The position numbers and the translations under genes were made by a program. 14,649 bases of DNA from positions 1 through 14,649 of the forward strand of contig JBFRWI010000083.1 of assembly GCA_051439505.1 (NCBI GenBank). Direction: 5' to 3'. Shown piece after piece: positions 1 through 7,280 of the stretch (position 1 is the stretch's first letter; each line of letters opens with the position of its first letter). The notes beneath the pieces are model-generated. The model worked only from the letters and a program-made list of their open reading frames with translations, was not told where the DNA came from and made no database searches. This DNA is from Hormoscilla sp. Lineage in GTDB: Bacteria > Cyanobacteriota > Cyanobacteriia > Cyanobacteriales > Desertifilaceae.

Positions 1-178
1 GTTTGCCTCGGTCAAGTTAAAGGAGCTTTTTACATCTAACTCACGCGGTCCTACAAAATCCATTCGTTCCGTTCCTTAAAGCCAGACGACAGAGCTACGA
101 GCTGGCGCTCACCCGTAGGTGTCATGACCCCCCTAATGTAGGTCTGATCCTGGACCTGCATCTTGCATCTTCCTGAGG
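1..178 (-). ncRNA. ssrS: Probable 6S RNA (SsrS/SsaA); 3' end lies beyond the window edge and the 5' end is approximate
   Basis: No ORF. The minus strand reads ...GAAGATGCAAGATGCAGGTCCAGGATCAGACC...GGTCATGAC...CCGCGTGAGTTAGATGTAAAAAGCTCCTTTAACTTGACCGAGGCAAAC, resembling cyanobacterial 6S RNA as I recall it. Possible long-range pairings (GGUCA/UGACC, CCUAC/GUAGG) fit a rod-like fold. Needs Rfam RF00013 confirmation. Confidence 0.7.
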
Positions 179-223
179 GAGATAATTCCAACAAAGGTCA
201 GAAATTACCGGATTTTATGCAAG

Positions 224-234
224 AGTATATCATA
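224..234 (-). promoter_or_regulatory. Candidate -10 elements (TATGAT/TATACT) upstream of the putative 6S RNA
   Basis: Minus strand reads TATGATATACT; no convincing -35. Confidence 0.25.
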
Positions 235-315
235 ACTGCTGCCTCATTTATCAGTTTGGCACATTGGCAACCGATTAATCTTTAAGTTTTATTAACAAAG
301 GATTCGGGCCAGAAA

Positions 316-592
316 CCAGAAACCGGGTTTCTGCGAGTATTTCCGTATTCTAACTGAGATCTGAAAAGAAACCCGGTTTCTCAACTCCTACCGAAACCCG
401 ATCGCGCCAATACCAGAAACCTGGTTTCTGCGATTATTTTCGTATTCTAACTGAGATCTGAAAAGAAACCCGGTTTCTCAACTCCTACCGAAACCCGATC
501 GCGCCAATACCATAAACCTGGTTTCTCCAAATATTTTCGCATCCGGACCGAGATCTGAAAAGAAACCCGGTTTCTCAACTGGCACCCGATCG
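316..592. repeat. Tandem 97-bp repeat (~2.8 copies), each unit containing the inverted pair AGAAACC(G/T)GGTTTCT ... AGAAACCCGGTTTCT
   Basis: Units start at 316, 413 and 510. Units 1 and 2 are nearly identical; unit 3 has diverged. Matches the AGAAACCGGGTTTCT dispersed repeat type of filamentous cyanobacteria. Confidence 0.9.
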
Positions 593-598
593 CCGCCA

Positions 599-889
599 TT
601 ATCCAGCCATACTTAATAATAGTAAGTAACAGCCGCCATTCAATAAAGCTGTAATCACTGCACCGATAATCACCCCTTTCATCATACTCATGCGGTTTTT
701 CCGTTTCAACCAGATACATAGGGGCACCACATACAGCAATTGCGATATCCCAATTGCTGCGATATATATTAGCAAAACTTGGACTCCTAAAGATGCGATC
801 GCCAAACATATTCCCACGGAAAGCACATTCAGACCTAATAAAATCAGAATGCCCCAAATGACCTGTACAAATTCTCTTCTTTCCGACAT
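599..889 (-). CDS. Small integral membrane protein (96 aa, ~3 TM helices) with C-terminal GAVITALLNGGC motif
   Basis: ATG start and three hydrophobic segments separated by a basic loop (KRKNR). Lies 27 nt downstream of the radical SAM gene on the same strand. Confidence 0.8.
   Translation of the reverse strand: MSERREFVQVIWGILILLGLNVLSVGICLAIASLGVQVLLIYIAAIGISQLLYVVPLCIWLKRKNRMSMMKGVIIGAVITALLNGGCYLLLLSMAG
795..802. repeat. HIP1 octamer GCGATCGC (representative site; dispersed through the window)
   Basis: Also at 1430, 1611, 1727, 3331, 4538 and further sites; a hallmark of cyanobacterial genomes. Confidence 0.9.
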
Positions 890-916
890 CTAAATTGCTC
901 CATTCATGAAATTATC

Positions 917-2329
917 TCATCTTTGGGAAACCAAGTGATGACCAGCGCTAGTTTCCCGGTAAAACATATTAAAGGTGTCAAAGGGAATTATTCTCCCATC
1001 TGGGTGGACGATGTGAATGCAGGAACGCTTCACGGAACGGACATCAAAATTATAGGGGTCGAGAAACTGGACGATCATTACCCGAAAGATATTTTCATAG
1101 GTCAGTCCTGCCGGTACTGGCACCAAGGGCAAGCAGCAGAGTAATTGTTTTAATGAAGTTGCTGCTGACGCCGGTGAATGACCCGTGGAAAACAGTTCAA
1201 AGATTTTGTCTTTGAGTTCTTCCTGCTGTTCGTATAATACCGTGTTGGGGACAACTCGCACGAATTCACTCTCGTCCATCATACCTGTCAGGGGTATCAC
1301 TTTACCATTTAACTTCAGGGCGTAACCCATTGCTAAACAGTCCGGATGACAGGGCACTGGAATAATATCTTCCGCTTTGAAGTGATCGCTCTGTGCTAGA
1401 ATATTACGGCGGACTTCCGTGAGGGTGTAGCGATCGCGCTGGGGATCGAATCCTTCTAAGCGCCCCGCAACTTGAACCGGCTGAAAGGTGACGCCGCGCA
1501 CGCATTTCTGCTGTAAGGCGTAGTCGATGATTTGGCCAATTTCCCCATCATTCAGCCCTTTCTTGACAGTAACTACTAGGGTTGTAGAAATATTGAACTC
1601 GTTCAGATGGGCGATCGCCCGTTCCCGGACGTCCCGCAAATCTGCCCCTCGCAATGATTCCAGGGCGGCTGTCTGAAAACTATCAAATTGCAGATAGACT
1701 TCTATTCCCGGCATGTACTGACTCAGGCGATCGCAGAATTCCCGTTCCTTAGCAATTCTCACCCCATTAGTATTGATCATCAAGTGCCCGATCGGCTTGC
1801 TTTTCACCAGATCCATGATGGCAAAGAACTCGGGATGAATAGTCGGTTCGCCGCCACTCAACTGGACTACCTGGGGTTCTCCCTCATTGGCCACCACCGC
1901 ATCTAGCATGTTCTCAATCTGTGCTAAACTGCGATGTTGTCTGGGTTGATGTCCGTCCGGGAAAAATTCTGCCGCCCCGGAATCAGCATAGCAAATGGGA
2001 CAGGAAAGATTGCAGCGATCGGTCACCTCTATGAGAGTCAAGCAACTATGCTGTTCGTGATCCGGGCAGAGTCCGCAATCGTAGGGACAGCCATATTTTA
2101 TCGGAGTGTTAAACTTGAGAGGCAGATCCCCGGGCTTGATGAATTCCTGGGATTTACGGTAATATTCCACATCATCGGCAATTAACACTTCTTCCCGTCC
2201 GTGGGTGGGACAATGCTTCACTAGGTAGACCCGATCGTCCCGAAAGATGATTTTCGCCTCCACCTTAGTCAGACATTGGGAACAGACGCTATTGGTTAAA
2301 GCATAAAATAGATATGGTCGAGTAGGCAT
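917..2329 (-). CDS. Radical SAM protein, Tes/GDGT-MAS (MJ0619, COG1964)-like, ~470 aa
   Basis: N-terminal CSQC + CPTH (rubredoxin-like metal site), CPYDCGLCPDH (CxxxCxxCxxH auxiliary cluster), CNLSCPIC (SAM cluster), SGGEPT, NTNG, YLQFD, C-terminal CHPDC and RSCIH..DGRIIPFDTFN. Start set at MPTRPY (2329), not the longer ORF start at 2458. Confidence 0.9.
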   Translation of the reverse strand: MPTRPYLFYALTNSVCSQCLTKVEAKIIFRDDRVYLVKHCPTHGREEVLIADDVEYYRKSQEFIKPGDLPLKFNTPIKYGCPYDCGLCPDHEQHSCLTLIEVTDRCNLSCPICYADSGAAEFFPDGHQPRQHRSLAQIENMLDAVVANEGEPQVVQLSGGEPTIHPEFFAIMDLVKSKPIGHLMINTNGVRIAKEREFCDRLSQYMPGIEVYLQFDSFQTAALESLRGADLRDVRERAIAHLNEFNISTTLVVTVKKGLNDGEIGQIIDYALQQKCVRGVTFQPVQVAGRLEGFDPQRDRYTLTEVRRNILAQSDHFKAEDIIPVPCHPDCLAMGYALKLNGKVIPLTGMMDESEFVRVVPNTVLYEQQEELKDKIFELFSTGHSPASAATSLKQLLCCLPLVPVPAGLTYENIFRVMIVQFLDPYNFDVRSVKRSCIHIVHPDGRIIPFDTFNMFYRETSAGHHLVSQR

Positions 2330-2475
2330 GGGTTTATTTCCGATAAACGACAATATTGGCATCAGCGCGGTTTCGCATGAGTTCCCGGGTTTCTCAAAGA
2401 CATGACATCTTTGTGAGGTTATAACATTTTTCAAGATCGATATGATAGACTTTTGCAAGTTCAGAGCGGAAAATC

Positions 2476-3048
2476 ATGGTTTATATACGCGAAATATCCG
2501 CATCAGATTCAGATGTCATTGCCGACCTCAACGCTCAAAGTTGGCGGACGAGTTACCGAGGGATTTTGCTCGATAGTTATCTTGATGGCCCTATATTCGA
2601 GGACTTTCTCAACCTATGGCGAGATCGGCTTTTGAATAATCCTGCACCAGAACATCTCGGACTGCTTGCCCTATCCGGCACATCAGTCGTTGGATTTACC
2701 TTTGCCTCGATCGGTCGCGATGACCGCTGGGGAACCAAGATTAATAGTCTGCATGTGGCCCCCGGATGTCGTGGCAAAGGCGTCGGAACGAGATTGTTGG
2801 CAGCCCTTACTGACTCGCTTCTTAGTCGGAAATACGAGGCCGGGATTTATGTTTGGACGTTCGAGGCGAACCATCGTGCTCGCCAGTATTACGAAAGATT
2901 GGGTGCAAAAGCAATGGAGCACGGCCATTGCAACCGACCGGGAGGCAACAGGGTTGCAGAATGGCTCTATGCCTGGCAATCTGTTAGGCAACTTCAGGTC
3001 GCCAGCACTTTCGCACTTGCTGACAAAATCAGCAGCAACACTATATAG
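2476..3048 (+). CDS. GNAT family N-acetyltransferase
   Basis: Acetyl-CoA motif LHVAPGCRGKGVGTRL and NHRARQYYERLG; N-terminal SWRTSYRGIL is typical of this GNAT subgroup. Confidence 0.88.
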   Translation: MVYIREISASDSDVIADLNAQSWRTSYRGILLDSYLDGPIFEDFLNLWRDRLLNNPAPEHLGLLALSGTSVVGFTFASIGRDDRWGTKINSLHVAPGCRGKGVGTRLLAALTDSLLSRKYEAGIYVWTFEANHRARQYYERLGAKAMEHGHCNRPGGNRVAEWLYAWQSVRQLQVASTFALADKISSNTI

Positions 3049-3055
3049 GAGCCTT

Positions 3056-3865
3056 CTATCTCAGCGGTTCGATCGTGCCCTCCACTATAGTATAACTATT
3101 GCGGATGATCGGAAGCCAAGTAATTAATCTGAACAGAAAAGGCCAACGTTCCGGACAGAGTTGAGGTAGGGATGCGACCTTGACTAAGGACAACCCCATT
3201 GCTGCTACCTCTGCTTCATCTCGAACGTACCACTTGAAGGGAGCACCTAGTCGATCTAACTTATTTTTCCCTGGTGCTAGCTGGGCCACATTCCCCAGTA
3301 CATCCATCAGTAAGGTGCCACCGGGAAAGCGCGATCGCATCTGGTCAACGATCTGTTGCACGTCACCTGCTGCCAAGTACATCAGCAACCCTTCGGCAAT
3401 AAACAGAAAGTTTTCCGGCGGTATTTCTGGCAGGGCATCCATCCAGCTAAAATCTAGCACAGAACTGCTAATAAATTGATGTTGCTCTGTCTGGGTATCT
3501 AACTGACGGCGCAGTTCCGTTACCACGGGCAAGTCCAGATCGAACCAACGATAGACCTTACTGCCAATGCGATGATAGCGAGTAGACATGCCCGCTCCTA
3601 ATTCTACCACAACGGGTTGCGAATGGCTGGCAATGTGTTCCGAGGCTATGCGATCGTGATACGCGGCTCGAATAGCCAAGTAATTCTGATAAGCCCAATT
3701 ATAAAATTCCCCTAGTTCCTCATCCCTAGGCAGAACTTTACTCCATTCTACCGCCAAGGGGTCTGAAAACAGGGGCACCAGACGGTGCTGTTCGTCTGCC
3801 CGTCCTTTTAATGTAAATAGCATGGTGCGGGGGACGCCATCAAGTTTGGGAGTTAATTCTGTCAT
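3056..3865 (-). CDS. Class I SAM-dependent methyltransferase (LCM/TcmP-like O-methyltransferase)
   Basis: VVELGAGMSTR (motif I), WFDLDLP, FIAEGLLMYL. The ATG at 3865 overlaps the Lgt-like stop (ATGA), so it is preferred over 3886. Confidence 0.88.
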   Translation of the reverse strand: MTELTPKLDGVPRTMLFTLKGRADEQHRLVPLFSDPLAVEWSKVLPRDEELGEFYNWAYQNYLAIRAAYHDRIASEHIASHSQPVVVELGAGMSTRYHRIGSKVYRWFDLDLPVVTELRRQLDTQTEQHQFISSSVLDFSWMDALPEIPPENFLFIAEGLLMYLAAGDVQQIVDQMRSRFPGGTLLMDVLGNVAQLAPGKNKLDRLGAPFKWYVRDEAEVAAMGLSLVKVASLPQLCPERWPFLFRLITWLPIIRNSYTIVEGTIEPLR

Positions 3866-4620
3866 GACTGGGGAATTTTTTTCCATGTCAATAAATGTTT
3901 AATGCTACGCCAATAATATCCTAAACCCAGTGCGCAGGCAATCTGGATGGCACTTAGCCCCAGGATAACATGAAAATCTGGCTTCAGGAAATCAATCAGG
4001 AAGCGAAATCCCAGGTAAGCGATGATGTACAATTTGAAGAGGTCACCCTCTTGCCTTTGATAGCGGGCACGAATCTGAATTAAGATCGCCAATGCTAGCA
4101 TAAAGATTATCTCATAGATCTGGGTGGGATGTCGGTAAATGCCATCGCCAAAATCTACCCCCCAAGGTAAAGTCGTGGCTACTCCATAGGTTTTATCGCT
4201 CAACCCCGTGAGAAAACAGCCCACCCGCCCGATCGCCGTAGCCACAATTAGGGGATAGACGAAGACATCCCCAGTCGATCGCCTGACGCCAATCATTTTT
4301 TTAGTCGTTTCCACCCCAATTATTGCTCCTAACAATCCGCCCACGATCGTTTTTCCTTGCAGTAGCAGTAACAGCCACAGTTGCCAACTTTGCCACAGGA
4401 GATAAATATGTTGCAGTCCCACCAGGATTTTCGCCCCCACTAATGCTCCCACCATGCCACCGACTATTACCGAACTCCGCTGACTGGGAGTAATAGTATC
4501 TTGCTTAATTATATTCCGTCGCAGCAGCAACCGAAAGGCGATCGCGTAGGCGAGTACCTCAAACAAGAAGTGCGGATGAATGCGCCAGGATCCGATCTCT
4601 AAATAAACGGGAAATGTCAT
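3862..4620 (-). CDS. Prolipoprotein diacylglyceryl transferase (Lgt) family protein, non-canonical paralogue
   Basis: Multi-TM protein with GRVGCFLTG, YG..TTLPWGVDF, RHPTQIYE and FRFLIDFLK. The canonical GG(M/L)S(F/I)HGG is replaced by GKTIVGG. Confidence 0.85.
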   Translation of the reverse strand: MTFPVYLEIGSWRIHPHFLFEVLAYAIAFRLLLRRNIIKQDTITPSQRSSVIVGGMVGALVGAKILVGLQHIYLLWQSWQLWLLLLLQGKTIVGGLLGAIIGVETTKKMIGVRRSTGDVFVYPLIVATAIGRVGCFLTGLSDKTYGVATTLPWGVDFGDGIYRHPTQIYEIIFMLALAILIQIRARYQRQEGDLFKLYIIAYLGFRFLIDFLKPDFHVILGLSAIQIACALGLGYYWRSIKHLLTWKKIPQS

Positions 4621-4663
4621 GATTTTTTCTGTCTATTTTCTATTTTCACCTTTTTCAATTGAC

Positions 4664-4686
4664 GGGCAGGCGATCCGCCCGCCCTA
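4664..4686 (-). terminator. GC-rich hairpin (terminator or REP-like) just after the 126-aa gene
   Basis: Imperfect inverted repeat GGGCAGGCG-ATC-CGCCCGCCC about 8 nt past the stop codon; no U-tract. Confidence 0.35.
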
Positions 4687-4693
4687 GGCAACA

Positions 4694-5074
4694 TTAAGAT
4701 TGACTATCTCGACGGCCCAACTCGTACACGCCGCAGCAGACACAAGCAACTAACCCCATACTAATTGACCAGCTGCGACCTAAAGTGATTTCCACCCCGT
4801 AATTGCACAAACCCCCAGCGATCAGAAAGGGGATAATGCTGAAAATTGAGGCGTAGAAAGAATTTTGGGATTCTCTAGCTTGACGGGTTCTTTCAAATTC
4901 CTCAGTGGAGGTGTATAGCGATCGCTCGGCGAAGTTAAACCAGCGGTTGAGCTGTTCTGCTACCCAGTCCCCTACTGGGGAAAAGCCCAAATACAAGGCT
5001 AGGGACCACAGGGACGTACCGGCGATCGCTGTAGTATTCAGAGTCAACTGAAATGGAAGCATGTCATTTAACAT
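4694..5074 (-). CDS. Conserved cyanobacterial hypothetical membrane protein (126 aa)
   Basis: Hydrophobic segments; motifs LWSLALYLGF, RWFNFAERSLY and GVYELGR recalled from conserved cyanobacterial hypotheticals. Confidence 0.8.
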   Translation of the reverse strand: MLNDMLPFQLTLNTTAIAGTSLWSLALYLGFSPVGDWVAEQLNRWFNFAERSLYTSTEEFERTRQARESQNSFYASIFSIIPFLIAGGLCNYGVEITLGRSWSISMGLVACVCCGVYELGRRDSQS

Positions 5075-5127
5075 AGGTGGTGAGAAGATAGGTCTGATTT
5101 CTACTTATCTAACATATCAGCAGCAAT

Positions 5128-6102
5128 TCACAATTGGCGATCTGCTGCTGCTGCTGCCATCAATGCCTGGAGAGAACCCTGCCAAGGTGTTTCTGGGAAA
5201 GGTTTTGCCCCCTGTTCGATCAGTTGCTGATTGCCTGGGGGGACATTTCCCTCCATTCTGACAAAGATCGGAACGCTATTTTCCCGTTTTAAGGTTTCCG
5301 TCGCCCCATTCCAAGTGCCACCTTTTCCAAATGCCGCACTCACTACTATAGCATAATCTGCTAAACTATAAATATATTTATTCCGACCGATCGCCTTTCC
5401 GGCTTCAAACTCATCTTCCGGGTCGTAAACCGAAACCAGAGATAGTCTCCCTTTCCGGATCCCATGACGATAAAAACCATTGACAGGGGCTTTAATTAGC
5501 CGATCTGCTAGCACCCCGACAGCGGTCCCCCCCGCCGACAAAACTCCCAACATTGCCGTTATATCCACCCCCCGGGCCCCGCCGGAAACTATTTGCATGT
5601 TTTGGGCAGCACAAGTTTTTGCTAAAAGTTTGGTATAGTCAATTCCTTCGAGATCCACATTGCGGGAACCTACAACTGCCAATCCTCCCCCTGAGAGTAA
5701 ATCCCTATTACCCACACCATAGATAATTGCCGGGGCTAAATGCTTCAGCCGCTGTTTCAGACGCTGGGGATATTCTGGGTCGCTGCGTCCTAAGATCCAG
5801 ATGCCATGATTAGTCCAGCTTTTCATTGCTAATCTTAACATAGCTTTTCTTGCTAACAGGTCGAGCAGGCGATCGGGCTTTAAATTTATCTGGGGGATGT
5901 CTGACAATCTTTTTTGAATAGCTTGGTTCAGCAGATCTGCTGGGCGCAGTTGATTTTTCCGCAACCACATAGCTAATCTATTGTACTCTCCCAGAGTCAG
6001 AGGTTGGGGTTCTATTTCTATAGGTAGACCAAAGTTAGCACATAGCAGCAAAATCGCCTGGGTATCTGGCCTCAATATCGGTTTGACATCTTTGCTTGCC
6101 AT
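5128..6102 (-). CDS. dprA: DprA/Smf family DNA-processing protein, atypical N-terminus
   Basis: Rossmann-fold DprA motifs: YPQRLK, LAVVGSRN, IVSGGARGVD, AIGRNKYIYSLA, GKGGTWNGA. Confidence 0.85.
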   Translation of the reverse strand: MASKDVKPILRPDTQAILLLCANFGLPIEIEPQPLTLGEYNRLAMWLRKNQLRPADLLNQAIQKRLSDIPQINLKPDRLLDLLARKAMLRLAMKSWTNHGIWILGRSDPEYPQRLKQRLKHLAPAIIYGVGNRDLLSGGGLAVVGSRNVDLEGIDYTKLLAKTCAAQNMQIVSGGARGVDITAMLGVLSAGGTAVGVLADRLIKAPVNGFYRHGIRKGRLSLVSVYDPEDEFEAGKAIGRNKYIYSLADYAIVVSAAFGKGGTWNGATETLKRENSVPIFVRMEGNVPPGNQQLIEQGAKPFPETPWQGSLQALMAAAAADRQL

Positions 6103-6116
6103 TTAATTTACTGTTT

Positions 6117-6171
6117 GTAGTAAGGACTAAAGTCCTTACCATTGGTGAATAAGGACTTTAGTCCTTACTAC
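6117..6171. repeat. Inverted pair of GTAG-REP-like palindromes (GTAGTAAGGACTAAAGTCCTTA)
   Basis: One copy on + at 6117-6139 and one on - at 6150-6171; the latter supplies the lpxD TAG stop. Confidence 0.8.
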
Positions 6172-7184
6172 GAACTTAGTCGTTTCAACATTTGATAAAT
6201 TTCTGGGAGGCGTTTGTGGATCGCCGATGCTTTCAAATGGGTTTTGTGTGGAATTGCTGGGTAACCCGAGACAATTTCTCCTGGCGGTACGTCGCTGTAA
6301 ATTCCGGCTTTTGCTGAGGCGATCGCCCCATCTCCTATGCTGACCCCATTGACAATGCCAACTTGACCTGCCAGAGTCACTTTATTTCCTATTTTAACAC
6401 CTCCTGCCATCCCTACTTGACCCGCGATCGCGCAATTTTCGCCAATTTGACATCCGTGACCTATTTGCACTAAATTATCTATCTTCGTATTGCGACCCAC
6501 CCTGGTTTCTCCTACCGCTGGCCGGTCGATCGCGCTATTGCAACCCACCTCTACTCCATCTTCTAAGATCGTACAGCCAGATTGCTCCATTTTCAACCAG
6601 CCTGACTGGGTCGGCACGAAGCCAAAACCTTCCGCACCAATTACCGCACCGCTGTGAATTACGCAGTCTGCCCCCAGGCGCGATCGCTCGTGGATCGTGC
6701 AGTTAGCATGTAAAATCGTGCGATCGCCGATTTCCGCCTCGTGATAGATTACCACATTGGGATAAATGCCAACATCCTGGCCAATTTTGACCCCAGCTTC
6801 GATGACAGCATTTGCCCCAATATAGACATTTTCTCCTACTATCGCAGATGGGTCAATTACTGCTGTGGGATGAATTTTAGCTTGGGGACGGAAGGGTTCG
6901 TAGAAAAGGGAGATCGCCCGGGCAAATAATAACCTCGGTTGGGGCGTCGCGATCCAAGCAATTCCCCGATCGGCTGCTGCTCCTGTTAACCTTGGTGGTA
7001 AAATCAAAGCAGTTGCTGCCGTTTGGGCCACATGAGAGGCAAACTTCCCACCTTCAATAAAACTGAGACTATTGGGTGCCGCTGCATCTACGGGGGCCAC
7101 CCCGGTAATTTCCGGATTCAGATCTGCTAGACTATTATTGTTAGCAGCATCTCCTAACTTTTCTACGACTTCACTTAATTTCAT
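6168..7184 (-). CDS. lpxD: UDP-3-O-(3-hydroxymyristoyl)glucosamine N-acyltransferase
   Basis: Hexapeptide repeats; IGAEGFGF, VEVGCNSAIDR, TKIDNLVQIGHG, LAGQVG; N-terminal uridine-binding domain. Confidence 0.96.
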   Translation of the reverse strand: MKLSEVVEKLGDAANNNSLADLNPEITGVAPVDAAAPNSLSFIEGGKFASHVAQTAATALILPPRLTGAAADRGIAWIATPQPRLLFARAISLFYEPFRPQAKIHPTAVIDPSAIVGENVYIGANAVIEAGVKIGQDVGIYPNVVIYHEAEIGDRTILHANCTIHERSRLGADCVIHSGAVIGAEGFGFVPTQSGWLKMEQSGCTILEDGVEVGCNSAIDRPAVGETRVGRNTKIDNLVQIGHGCQIGENCAIAGQVGMAGGVKIGNKVTLAGQVGIVNGVSIGDGAIASAKAGIYSDVPPGEIVSGYPAIPHKTHLKASAIHKRLPEIYQMLKRLSS

Positions 7185-7280
7185 CTCACAACAACAACTA
7201 ACAACGGGTGGTATTCAAATGCATTATCTTTTTAGGTTTGGTTATCCTTTGTTACCCAACAACCGCAACGCCAACAATAT

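Noticed and set aside
316..592. CRISPR array
   Set aside because: The segments between palindromes are near-identical from unit to unit rather than unique spacers, the period is 97 bp, and no cas genes are present.
447..857. 136-aa minus-strand ORF
   Set aside because: It overlaps the 96-aa membrane gene in another frame and runs into the repeat array (EKPG motifs are repeat translations).
2412..2426. CRP/NtcA-like site TGTGAGGTTATAACA
   Set aside because: Spacing fits neither TGTGA-N6-TCACA nor GTA-N8-TAC.
2330..2458. N-terminal extension of the radical SAM ORF (513 aa)
   Set aside because: The family-like sequence starts at MPTRPY; the extension crosses a repeat fragment and the divergent promoter region.
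2577..3479. Alternative-frame and antisense ORFs over the GNAT and methyltransferase genes (and similar shadow ORFs over lpxD, rlmD and the nuclease)
   Set aside because: They overlap genes with clear family motifs and have no recognisable features of their own.
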